IMG/VR virus record: IMGVR_UViG_3300045974_000760
Coordinates: 32,001-96,000 of that record
Reading direction: 5' to 3' (one strand)
Source of the DNA: a virus
Length of the DNA stretch: 64,000 nt
In this document: positions 50,867 to 59,121 of the stretch, in pieces
Layout of the letters: each line of letters starts with the position of its first letter
How positions within the stretch are numbered: the first letter of the stretch is position 1
Made by a program: the position numbers and the translations under genes
Notes under the pieces: model-generated
Told to the model about the DNA's origin: nothing
The model's input: only the letters and a program-made list of their open reading frames with translations
Database searches by the model: none

Positions 50867-51128
50867 CCACATCAGGTTGATGCTGTTCGGTCCGTACGAC
50901 ACTACGTTCAGCCCGCACCTTCCCTGTGAGATTCGGGGATGTGCGGGCAGTCGTTGTGAGCTCATGTCCGAAGACATGTTCTACGGTGACGGTGAGGACA
51001 TACACTTCGGCACGCGCAGCTACGACAACGAGCTCGAAGCGCCGGAGTACATACCCGACGGGCCCATTGGCTCCTTCGAGATGGCAGGGCCTCGCGCAAG
51101 GCGCGCGGTCTTGGGCGTCTATGCGTTA
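50853..51128 (+). CDS. array peptide 1 (ends at TTA)
   Basis: TTA 51126-51128 overlaps the next gene's start (ATG 51121). Confidence 0.55.
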
Positions 51129-51294
51129 CATCTGGCTCATACTCGGGCCCGGGCCCCGGCACGAGCTCCACACCGAAGAGACGCGCTTCTGCTTCGATGA
51201 CTGGAAGGCCGACGCAGAAGAGTACCCAGAACCTCCCTGTAGTGAAACGAAGGCCAGCGGCTGCCTGGCAGTGGAGTATCGAGAATGGAGGTGA
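51121..51294 (+). CDS. array peptide 2
   Basis: MRYIWL...DAEEY...VEYREWR. Confidence 0.55.
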   Translation: MRYIWLILGPGPRHELHTEETRFCFDDWKADAEEYPEPPCSETKASGCLAVEYREWR

Positions 51295-51298
51295 GCAG

Positions 51299-51508
51299 AT
51301 GATGACCTGGCTACGGTTGTTTCGAATGACACCGATGACGGAGAACTGCAGGTACAAGTCCGGCGTTGGTGCGCACCAGCGTCAGCACATGCCGTGGGAG
51401 GCGCAGATGTGGCCCGGTCTTGCGGACGGGGGCAGCATCTTCGAGAGCAGGGGCGAGGGCATACATCCGATGGCTGACTCTCGCGGTCTATTCACGGCTC
51501 CAGAATGA
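51299..51508 (+). CDS. array peptide 3
   Basis: GGAGG RBS. Confidence 0.6.
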   Translation: MMTWLRLFRMTPMTENCRYKSGVGAHQRQHMPWEAQMWPGLADGGSIFESRGEGIHPMADSRGLFTAPE

Positions 51509-51705
51509 TGCAGATCTTGAAATGGCACTACTACATAGTCGGTGAACCTGGGGACTCGATCGCGGGGCAAGGTGACTATCGTTTCGCAGCGGGGATTGCA
51601 ACACCTGCTGCGCCGCGTTTTTCCGACGAGTACGACGAGCACCACGGGGGTGGAACAAATGAGCTGTGGAGGAGGCCAGAACGTGATGACACTACAACGG
51701 ATTGA
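51505..51705 (+). CDS. array peptide 4
   Basis: ATGA coupling. Confidence 0.55.
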   Translation: MMQILKWHYYIVGEPGDSIAGQGDYRFAAGIATPAAPRFSDEYDEHHGGGTNELWRRPERDDTTTD

Positions 51706-51892
51706 TTTCACCGTCGGCATGCACTTCGTACATGCCGGGCGGGACGAGCTCGGCATCTACGGCAATGGCCAGTACATGCACTACCCGTACGCCGTAGATG
51801 CCGTCAGCATCGGTGATGGTTGGTGCGGTACGGACGAAGTAGTTTGCCACGGCGAAGGCGCCTCCTACAGGAATATTGCGCATGATACCTAG
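51686..51892 (+). CDS. array peptide 5
   Basis: GGAGG RBS; YGNG and GDG motifs. Confidence 0.6.
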   Translation: MTLQRIDFTVGMHFVHAGRDELGIYGNGQYMHYPYAVDAVSIGDGWCGTDEVVCHGEGASYRNIAHDT

Positions 51893-52085
51893 CAATGCCC
51901 TGCTCATCGTGCGGTCCCGCTACACACTGTTTGCTGAGCCGTGCCCTGGCCTAATGGCCTCCGACGCGGCCTGGTGCGCCTCACTGACCAACACACAGGA
52001 CGCACGACGTACCTGGCATTGTTACCTCATTCGATACCGAGAGTGCATCGGTGAAGCGGAAGGATGGGAAGATGATTGCGGTTAG
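51882..52085 (+). CDS. array peptide 6
   Basis: AGGA RBS. Confidence 0.55.
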   Translation: MIPSNALLIVRSRYTLFAEPCPGLMASDAAWCASLTNTQDARRTWHCYLIRYRECIGEAEGWEDDCG

Positions 52086-52281
52086 AATGTCCCACTACGC
52101 GTACTGGGGTACTTCCAGTCAACCGTATCGACACTACGCTGAGTCGCAATGTGAGTACCTTTGCGAGCGTCCGTGGAAAGGTGACGCGGAGGAGTACGTG
52201 TACGATGAAGAGGAAGCGCTGAGCGGTTGTCTGTACGAGGAGTACACGTACAGCCACCGCTCGGCAGAAGGGCGGTGTTTA
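52072..52281 (+). CDS. array peptide 7 (ends at TTA)
   Basis: Paralog of peptide 9; TTA 52279-52281 gives a near-identical length (69 vs 70 aa). Confidence 0.65.
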
Positions 52282-52282
52282 C

Positions 52283-52468
52283 GTGTGGCTACGAGCTCTG
52301 CCCTTCGTGCCCTACATGCACTTCTACGAGTACACGCCCATTGCCTCCCACGAATACAACCTCGTAACGGAGTGGAACGTGTTGCTCGTAGAAGAGCTCG
52401 ATACAACGAACCCAACATACCGAGGTTACTGCGCGGACGAGATACTAGACACACACAGGGGCATCTAA
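52283..52468 (+). CDS. array peptide 8
   Basis: GTG 1 nt after TTA; TAATG coupling to the next gene. Confidence 0.55.
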   Translation: MWLRALPFVPYMHFYEYTPIASHEYNLVTEWNVLLVEELDTTNPTYRGYCADEILDTHRGI

Positions 52469-52680
52469 TGATTGTGCTTCGAATGTCTCACTACACGTAC
52501 GAAGGCACGCACGCGCAGGATGAATGTGCGGACTGGTATAGCGAGGCGTATCCGCCACATTACCTCTGGGCGGTAGATGCGGAGGAGTATGCCTACGTGG
52601 CCCCCCTCCCTGGTGAGCCAGGAGGCGGTGTGCTCGACCACGAGTACACCTACAGTAGTCGCGAGATTGAGAATCGATGA
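52468..52680 (+). CDS. array peptide 9
   Basis: MIVLRMSHYTY...DAEEYAY...EYTYS. Confidence 0.65.
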   Translation: MIVLRMSHYTYEGTHAQDECADWYSEAYPPHYLWAVDAEEYAYVAPLPGEPGGGVLDHEYTYSSREIENR

Positions 52681-52883
52681 ACAACAACGCCTATCTCGTG
52701 TGGGTACAACAGCAGCGGTGCGTCTTGTTCAGTACGCAGAGCCCGCTCGCTGACACGTACAGCCTGTGGCGCGATGATGATGCCCGTGCCTGTCTGCAGG
52801 CCCGTATCTCGCGGGATTACGAGGATTACACCAATCCTCAGCTCGTACTGAACGACTACAGCGCGGGTGTACGAAAAGAGTAA
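52677..52883 (+). CDS. array peptide 10
   Basis: ATGA coupling. Confidence 0.55.
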   Translation: MNNNAYLVWVQQQRCVLFSTQSPLADTYSLWRDDDARACLQARISRDYEDYTNPQLVLNDYSAGVRKE

Positions 52884-52934
52884 ATCGGGGATAAGAAGTA
52901 CGCAGGCGGTTACTACACACAGGAGGAAGAACAG

Positions 52935-53348
52935 ATGGCTGATGCATCAACGGGGAAGTTTGAAGTGGGCGCGCTGAGCGCGTCGTACCGGCAAGAGGGT
53001 TCACTCACCTACGTCACGCTGCACCGCGCGGGCAACTCTAGTATCGGCCCCGCTGTCTTGGGGGCTACCGCAGAAGACCTGGCAAAAGTAGTCGCAGAGC
53101 TCGTTGATCGAGGGCTCGTGCAGCTGCCCGTAATGCCGACACAGAAGCGTGAGGCGCTCAAGAAGAAGATCGCCGAGCTGGGCATAGATGCGACCGTGAG
53201 CGACCCGGCTGATTACAAGGCACACGATTGGTGCACCGCTGAGGTGCTGGCGGTCGTAGTGGTTGCCTCCCTCACACTCGACCAGATGCGGCTACTGCTA
53301 GTCACGTGTAGAGAGACATTCAAGGATAACGAGGTAGTTATCCGATGA
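52935..53348 (+). CDS. hypothetical protein, paralog family A
   Basis: AGGAGG RBS; promoter motif at 52891; LAKVVAELVDRGLVQLP. Confidence 0.7.
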   Translation: MADASTGKFEVGALSASYRQEGSLTYVTLHRAGNSSIGPAVLGATAEDLAKVVAELVDRGLVQLPVMPTQKREALKKKIAELGIDATVSDPADYKAHDWCTAEVLAVVVVASLTLDQMRLLLVTCRETFKDNEVVIR

Positions 53349-53527
53349 GCGTCATCGTCATCATCGACCTCGAGGGTGATGAGGCGGCGAAGCTGTTGAA
53401 GTCCGCCATCATCATGCGGGACGCTGACCTCAAGCGCATCAAGCGCCTGGTGAAGAAGCTCGGCTTCCTCGATGAGTTCAAGAAGCTGGGTATTGACGTC
53501 TACCCAATCAAGGCAAAGAAGACATGA
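53345..53527 (+). CDS. small hypothetical protein
   Basis: Coupled ORF. Confidence 0.6.
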   Translation: MSVIVIIDLEGDEAAKLLKSAIIMRDADLKRIKRLVKKLGFLDEFKKLGIDVYPIKAKKT

Positions 53528-54234
53528 GCGCGCCCAAGTACTGCTGCGACACGATGAAGCGGCAGATGGAGCACAACTGCGTCAAGTGCATGGGCCAGTA
53601 CGCTTGCCCCGACAGGGTGATCAAGCCACCCAGCGTCCCTGGTGCCGCGTTTGGACTCTACATCCTCGACGGGGGCGCTGCGTACTACGCCATCTACTTC
53701 TGCCCCTGGTGCGGAGCGCGTTTGGCCAGCTGGTGCGGGGCGTCTCAACAAGAACAACCGACCAAGGAGGAAGTGATGGAAGACGAACGGAAGAAGCCAA
53801 TCGAAGGCAACGTTGACTCGTACCGGGAGATCCTCGAGTACAGGGGCTATGACCGCTCCGCTGTATTGCGGTTGCCGTCACGCGCGCCCATCACTCTGCA
53901 GCGCTATGAGCTCGTGGCGGTCGCCATGGCCGTGTTTGGCATGCTTCGAGACAAGTTCAAGGGCGCGGCGCCTGAGCAGGTGTTTGATGCGATTGCGCGG
54001 ATTGTGAGCAGCGAGTGGAAGCCGTCTCCGCAGGAGGTGAGGGACGCGGGCTTCCTGTTGAATCAGGAGCTCACCCTGGCTGGGTGCGCCACGTTTGAGA
54101 TGGTCGGCTACACGCTGACCGAGCTCGTGGTGTACTACAAGGCCGGTGTTCCAAACACCGCCACTGCCAGCGCGTTTCTGCAGAACCTCCCACCCTCGTA
54201 CCGAGGTGTGCGGGTTGTGCCAAAGGCCGTGTGA
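53524..54234 (+). CDS. DUF6980-like Cys-rich N-terminal domain protein
   Basis: YCCDTM...CPD....FGL.I.DGG....I.FCPWCG; possible internal start near 53773. Confidence 0.6.
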   Translation: MSAPKYCCDTMKRQMEHNCVKCMGQYACPDRVIKPPSVPGAAFGLYILDGGAAYYAIYFCPWCGARLASWCGASQQEQPTKEEVMEDERKKPIEGNVDSYREILEYRGYDRSAVLRLPSRAPITLQRYELVAVAMAVFGMLRDKFKGAAPEQVFDAIARIVSSEWKPSPQEVRDAGFLLNQELTLAGCATFEMVGYTLTELVVYYKAGVPNTATASAFLQNLPPSYRGVRVVPKAV

Positions 54235-54449
54235 TGAAGACCACCTACCTGATGTACTTCCTGAGCATGGCCCTTGTGGTCGTGCTCGGGAGCTGTGGTG
54301 CACGAGACACAGATAAGAACCCTTCTCCAGAACGTGCGTGTGAGCTCGCTTGTTTGCCTGGCAGGGGGACGCTCAGTACCTTCTTCAACAACGGGCACTA
54401 CAGCTGTATCTGCGCCCCACTACCTTGCCCATCTGGGAGTGCACGATGA
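54231..54449 (+). CDS. Cys-rich lipoprotein-like peptide
   Basis: VLGSC lipobox; CELAC...SCIC. Confidence 0.65.
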   Translation: MMKTTYLMYFLSMALVVVLGSCGARDTDKNPSPERACELACLPGRGTLSTFFNNGHYSCICAPLPCPSGSAR

Positions 54450-54601
54450 AAAGCAATGAGAGCCCGCTGAAGAACCCGGAGAACTGGCTTCTTGTGTTCG
54501 TGTGGGCTTGCGCGATGGGCGCGGCCTTCCTCACAGGTATGCTCGCAGGTGACCGGTTGCCTCACGCTCCACCCTCATGCACGTGTAGGTGTGAGCGATG
54601 A
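54446..54601 (+). CDS. small membrane peptide
   Basis: TM helix followed by CTCRC. Confidence 0.55.
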   Translation: MKSNESPLKNPENWLLVFVWACAMGAAFLTGMLAGDRLPHAPPSCTCRCER

Positions 54602-54990
54602 GCAACATCACGGTCGAGACGTGGGTAGACACCGCGACGAGTGAGAAGGAGCTGCAGGAGACACCCGACTACCTACGCGAGCTCATCCGCAAGATGGTAG
54701 CGGAATGGATGACGCGGGAGCCGGACCTCAGTGATACCGGCGCGCGGGTACTTGCAGAGAGTGGCATCAAGGCAATCTGCAAGTACTCCGACTTCCTACT
54801 GGTGTTGGGCGACGGGCATATCCGTGACCCGCAGTACCTCGTGCGCTTTGCGCTCCTGCCTCATCCGCAGCGTGAGGTATTGTGCAAGAAGTACGCGGCA
54901 CGCTTGTTCATGGCCCGCTCCGTGTTGGGCTTCTCGTGGGTCAGCCACGCGCAGCTCGAGGCAACCGTCAGCTACATCGAGGGTAAATGA
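54598..54990 (+). CDS. hypothetical protein
   Basis: Coupled ORF. Confidence 0.65.
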   Translation: MSNITVETWVDTATSEKELQETPDYLRELIRKMVAEWMTREPDLSDTGARVLAESGIKAICKYSDFLLVLGDGHIRDPQYLVRFALLPHPQREVLCKKYAARLFMARSVLGFSWVSHAQLEATVSYIEGK

Positions 54991-55397
54991 CTACGTGCAA
55001 AGTGGACAGTCGGTACTCGTGGGACGTACGAAAGCAGTACATGAATCGCGAAGGACAGCACATCGCCATTCGGGAGGAAGGACTGCTCGACACCGTGAGC
55101 ACGGTTGTTCTGTCCGGCCCGGTACTTCAGGATATCTTCGAGGAGGCGCTGAAGCGCGGGCTGGTGTTGATGCCGCTGACCAAGCAGCAGAGGCTAGACA
55201 AGCTGCAGGAGCGCTATGCGCTTATCAAGTGGCTTCGCAAGATGGTGTTCTGCGCGGGCGCGATACCCGTGGTGCATGTGAAGCTCAACGGTAGGGCGCT
55301 GCTGGATGAGATCAATGTCTTGCGGGATGAGATTCGCAGGGAGCTCGGTGACGAGGTTCAAGTGAAGGTGACCTTCGGCGACGATGGAGACCAATGA
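54987..55397 (+). CDS. hypothetical protein, paralog family A
   Basis: LQDIFEEALKRGLVLMP. Confidence 0.65.
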   Translation: MTTCKVDSRYSWDVRKQYMNREGQHIAIREEGLLDTVSTVVLSGPVLQDIFEEALKRGLVLMPLTKQQRLDKLQERYALIKWLRKMVFCAGAIPVVHVKLNGRALLDEINVLRDEIRRELGDEVQVKVTFGDDGDQ

Positions 55398-55486
55398 TGT
55401 GAGGTAACGAGAAAGGCGCGGTCCCGTCTTTTTCGTAGCTATATGTCTTGCCCCGCAAATACAAGCGCGTAGTCGGGATAAGCCAT

Positions 55487-55918
55487 GTGAGCGCACGCTA
55501 CGCGTTCAGAAAGAAGAACATGATTGAGCATGGTAGGAACCGAGAAGGTCTCACGTGGGTGGAATGGCGCCTCGCCGCCAAGTTCGTCGGTGAAGAGCCC
55601 CCGCGTTCTTTTACCGCATGGCAAAATGGAGAAGATCCGACAGAGTGGGCTGCGGACCTCGAGGAGCATACGCAGCAGGCCATCTCGAACTTCACTGAGA
55701 AGGAGTTCGTCTACACACCGTGTGTAGAGGATGGTCCCGGTGAATACAACGTAGTGATGCCGGTGGAGTGGAAACCGTTCGATAGGGCGGCCTTCCCACG
55801 ACTGCTTACGCACACACGCTGGACTCTCACGTACCTCAAGGTCGGGGAGAGCGCGCTATTGTCCACCATCTATAACCCACAGAAGCAAACCTTCTACGCA
55901 GTAAGGAGGACGAAGTGA
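55487..55918 (+). CDS. hypothetical protein
   Basis: Follows promoter motif 55478; start uncertain (55487 or 55520). Confidence 0.6.
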   Translation: MSARYAFRKKNMIEHGRNREGLTWVEWRLAAKFVGEEPPRSFTAWQNGEDPTEWAADLEEHTQQAISNFTEKEFVYTPCVEDGPGEYNVVMPVEWKPFDRAAFPRLLTHTRWTLTYLKVGESALLSTIYNPQKQTFYAVRRTK

Positions 55919-56334
55919 TCAAAGGCGTCGAAGTGGGTGACCGTGTTCAGTTGATTGGCCGCCCCAAGCAAAGCGGGGAGGTGCGAGAGGTAAAGCCTGG
56001 AGCGGTGTTCGTGCGTCTCGGGGACTACCCCGAAGATGACCCGTGCTGGGTAGAGCTCGAGCACCTGGAAGTGATTGGTGTGGCCGAAGAAGTCCCAGAG
56101 TCATTCCGTGCTGCGCTCTACCTCATCGAAGATTTGAAGAAGGAGCGCGACCTGTGGCGCCTGCGGTGCGAGTGGCAGGAGGCGATCGTGGCGGCCATCG
56201 CTGCGGAGAGAAAGTGGCTCACGGCGAAGGAGCAACACTCGTACACGCCCTGCTTCGAGGAGTGCGTTGGGGTAGCCGAGAAGAGGAGAGACGCAGCCAA
56301 GGCGGCCTATGTGGCCGCGGGAGGTGTGGTGTGA
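55915..56334 (+). CDS. SH3/KOW-like plus helical domain protein
   Basis: VEVGDRVQL...GEVREV....VFVRL. Confidence 0.6.
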   Translation: MIKGVEVGDRVQLIGRPKQSGEVREVKPGAVFVRLGDYPEDDPCWVELEHLEVIGVAEEVPESFRAALYLIEDLKKERDLWRLRCEWQEAIVAAIAAERKWLTAKEQHSYTPCFEECVGVAEKRRDAAKAAYVAAGGVV

Positions 56335-56621
56335 TGGACCCGCGCGATAAGCCACAGCTGCGTAGCTTCGTGTGCTGGTACACGAACTTCAGCTACAACC
56401 GGTACATCATCAACACGAGCAGTCCCGACCACAGCCAGGCAGCACTGCAGTTCGACACGGTTGCGCGCGGACTTGGCTGGCCTACTTGTTACGCGGTCTC
56501 AGTGCGTGAGCTGGAGCTGGATGACACGCTGGGACCACGGCATGAGTTCGACATCGCCGTCACTGTGAAGTGCCGGGAGATTGTAGAGAAGCCCCGAGGA
56601 AAGAAGAGGCAAGCGCAATGA
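56334..56621 (+). CDS. hypothetical protein
   Basis: GGAGG RBS. Confidence 0.6.
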   Translation: MDPRDKPQLRSFVCWYTNFSYNRYIINTSSPDHSQAALQFDTVARGLGWPTCYAVSVRELELDDTLGPRHEFDIAVTVKCREIVEKPRGKKRQAQ

Positions 56622-56628
56622 GTGACGC

Positions 56629-57039
56629 ATGGCCGGGGTGAAGAACCAGGACCTCGCCTCAGAGATAGAGTACCTCTACAACTGCTTCCGGAATGGGTGG
56701 ATAGGCCCCAATGAGTTCGCGAAGCAGTTGACGGTAATACGTAGGAAGCAGGCCAAACACACCATCCCGTATCTCGGCCGCCTTCTACCTAAGAGGGACC
56801 TGCCCATCCTCGACATCGACACCATCATCGAGGCGCGGCACCTCCAGGCATTCACACCCGAGACCTACAAGAGGCGGGTGATGCGTAAGAGGCTGGCAGT
56901 ACATGCGGGCTTGACCAACAACAACTCCAGCTACTTCTTCCGTACCCAGTGGGAGGTCTGGGACATACGAATGAGGTGCTGGCACAGAGACGTGAACAAG
57001 GAACTGCGAGAGCAGTACTTCCCCGACGAGGTGTGTTGA
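56629..57039 (+). CDS. hypothetical protein with LG.L..LDID motif
   Basis: YLGRLLPKRDLPILDIDTIIEAR. Confidence 0.65.
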   Translation: MAGVKNQDLASEIEYLYNCFRNGWIGPNEFAKQLTVIRRKQAKHTIPYLGRLLPKRDLPILDIDTIIEARHLQAFTPETYKRRVMRKRLAVHAGLTNNNSSYFFRTQWEVWDIRMRCWHRDVNKELREQYFPDEVC

Positions 57040-57584
57040 TGACGATGCCCCATCCAGTCGTTCAGGTCATGGAACACCAGCGGACCTCACCGCTCTATTC
57101 AGCGCATCTGCAGGATGCGCTGCAAGTGATGGAAGACACCATCTCCCCCGAGCAAGAGACCCGCGCTTTCGTTCAGGCGGCGCAGGTGCTGATTAGCTTG
57201 GTGGCCGGGCAGTACATAGGCCATCACATGGGCGGCCCTGCTTTCTTCGAATCTGTCACCTCGAGCCTCAACTACCACATACAGCAGACCATCGTGCCTT
57301 GTGCACGGTGGTGGCGCGGCTTCGGACACTACGCCCGCTTTGAGACCAAGGATGTAAGCGCGTCGGGAGACGTGCTGCGGATTGACTTGGGCGCGTTCGT
57401 AGGACGACTTGAGCGGGTGACGGGCTTCGCACTACGAGAGGCGATACCCGTCAACCGCCCCATGAAGCGACGACGCCCTCTCAACCTCGGGCGGTTGCTG
57501 CCCAACCCCAGAGGCATCCTCGACATCGATGAGATTATCGAGAGCCGCAGGCCCTCCGCGATACCCAGCCGAATCCGGGGATAA
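57039..57584 (+). CDS. hypothetical protein with LG.L..LDID motif
   Basis: NLGRLLPNPRGILDIDEIIESR. Confidence 0.65.
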   Translation: MTMPHPVVQVMEHQRTSPLYSAHLQDALQVMEDTISPEQETRAFVQAAQVLISLVAGQYIGHHMGGPAFFESVTSSLNYHIQQTIVPCARWWRGFGHYARFETKDVSASGDVLRIDLGAFVGRLERVTGFALREAIPVNRPMKRRRPLNLGRLLPNPRGILDIDEIIESRRPSAIPSRIRG

Positions 57585-57628
57585 GGAAGGTGAACGCAGC
57601 AAGTAGCTGAACTGACCAAGGAAGAACA

Positions 57629-57904
57629 ATGCCTATCTCACCCGATGCAGCACGAACCATTACTGACCCCGCGTTGTTGACCCGCTTGTCCGAGTTCATG
57701 CAAGTCGTCGACATCGCTCTGATTCAACGCGCGGGAGCTCCAAGTCATGTCTTTTCCCCGCCCGCTGACTTGTTCGCCCACCCCAAGGCGCGGGAGTTCT
57801 TCAGGTCAGCCTACTGGGGGGCTGGCTGGCACGTGTACTTCAGGCTCGAGTACGACCGTGTCCCCGAGCTCACCCTGATACCCAAAGAGGCCAAGGCGTC
57901 ATGA
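57629..57904 (+). CDS. hypothetical protein
   Basis: AAGGA RBS; promoter motif at 57581. Confidence 0.65.
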   Translation: MPISPDAARTITDPALLTRLSEFMQVVDIALIQRAGAPSHVFSPPADLFAHPKAREFFRSAYWGAGWHVYFRLEYDRVPELTLIPKEAKAS

Positions 57905-58257
57905 TTACACCCGAGGAGCTGATGAGCGTCATCGTGCGGTTGTTCGGTGCGGCTGCCGTGATGCTCCTCCTGGTGGCATCTGCGGGCCTGCTACGCATCT
58001 GCTCCCTCCAGGAGAAGCTCAAGATGGTCGGGGAGAAGGAGCGGAGGGTGACGGCGGCCGAGCACACCTCTCTCGATTGGTCCCGTCGCATGGGCCTCGG
58101 TATGCCCGTAGGCCAGCAATGCAGCGTCGTGGATGACGCAGGGCGGGTCTTCTGTACCCTCGCCCATCGAACCCCCGACACGTCTCTCGCAACGACGTAT
58201 CTCTGGTGCACCGCTGAAAGGTGCACCACAACAGACACAATGCCTGTACCGGAGTTA
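57901..58257 (+). CDS. membrane-anchored Cys protein (ends at TTA)
   Basis: TM helix, several Cys; TTA 58255-58257 with an ATG 4 nt later. Confidence 0.6.
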
Positions 58258-58261
58258 CAAC

Positions 58262-58495
58262 ATGGACATCTCATACAGCACGCAGTTGTGGGAGCTACCG
58301 GTTGTGGAGCGCAACTGGTGGAAGCAATACGTGAAGGGCAAGGACGGGATGAGCGTCGACTTCCCGAAAGACCGCGGTCTGATGACCGTCATCACCGCGA
58401 GCTCACAGGAGCAGCTCGACGCTGCGCTCAAAGAGTTCGACGAGAAGTATCCCTCGATGTACTCCGGGATGAACCGGGCAGTAGGTGGGCCATGA
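58262..58495 (+). CDS. hypothetical protein
   Basis: GGAG RBS; its stop overlaps the next ATG (ATGA). Confidence 0.65.
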   Translation: MDISYSTQLWELPVVERNWWKQYVKGKDGMSVDFPKDRGLMTVITASSQEQLDAALKEFDEKYPSMYSGMNRAVGGP

Positions 58496-58902
58496 CGAAC
58501 CAGAACGACTACAAGCTGCGTTGGCGCAATACCCCCGAGGGCTACGTCCTCTTCCTGCGGTCCCATGAGGAGGGTAAGCCAGATGAGATAGTGGCACAGG
58601 CGTGTTTGGCACCCGCGCTTCAGACCGCCATCGTGCTGGTGGTGTTGCGCTCGCCACAGGGTAAGCCGCTGACCGTCGAGCCGGTGGTGTCGATAACGAG
58701 CGGGGCGCTCTCGCTGGAGGAGACGCTCGAGCTCGCTGTGTGGTGCTTCGAAGAGTCGGGCCTGGAGACAAGGCAGCTCCAGCCCAACAGCATCGATTGG
58801 TTCGCCTTCCCGTCGGGAGCGAAAGAGCGGGCCCAGGCGAACAGGAAGAAGCAGCTCGATCAAGAGGCTGCAGATGCTGCTTGCAAGAAAGAGCCGAACT
58901 GA
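58492..58902 (+). CDS. hypothetical protein
   Basis: AGGT RBS; ATGA coupling. Confidence 0.65.
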   Translation: MTNQNDYKLRWRNTPEGYVLFLRSHEEGKPDEIVAQACLAPALQTAIVLVVLRSPQGKPLTVEPVVSITSGALSLEETLELAVWCFEESGLETRQLQPNSIDWFAFPSGAKERAQANRKKQLDQEAADAACKKEPN

Positions 58903-58911
58903 CACAGACTA

Positions 58912-59019
58912 GGAGGAGTCGGGAGGTACGCGGTACACAACCACTACTGGTTTGAACGACCTTTCAGTGATGCCGGGAAGCTCAATGAAAGTGTTCGCCG
59001 CGTAGCTCTTGGCCCCTCC
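58912..59019 (+). ncRNA. structured ncRNA closed by a 22-bp stem (possibly Y-RNA-like)
   Basis: 58912-58933 pairs with 58998-59019 (2 mismatches, 3 G-U); internal AACCA/TGGTT and CTTTCA/TGAAAG stems. Confidence 0.5.
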
Positions 59020-59020
59020 G

Positions 59021-59091
59021 GGGAGGTTGGGGCGGTTCCCCTAGCGGGCCTTATAAGCCGTGATCCACGGGTTCAACTCCCGTACCTCCTA
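59021..59091 (+). tRNA. tRNA-Ile(UAU), atypical anticodon stem
   Basis: Acceptor GGGAGGT/ACCTCCT; D stem GGGG/CCCC; loop CT-TAT-AA; T arm ACGGG-TTCAACT-CCCGT. Confidence 0.6.
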
Positions 59092-59121
59092 CAACAACCA
59101 CAACACAGAAAGGAGCAGCCC

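Noticed and set aside
50853-52883. Diversity-generating retroelement or RiPP cluster explaining the peptide array
   Set aside because: No reverse transcriptase, adenine-specific template/variable repeat pair or recognisable modifying enzyme is present in the window.
53524-54234. Apparent two-gene fusion (internal AAGGAGG + GTG/ATG near 53773)
   Set aside because: There is no TTA or other candidate stop at the junction. It shows that some fusions or internal starts here are unrelated to TTA. The same applies to 41645-42049.
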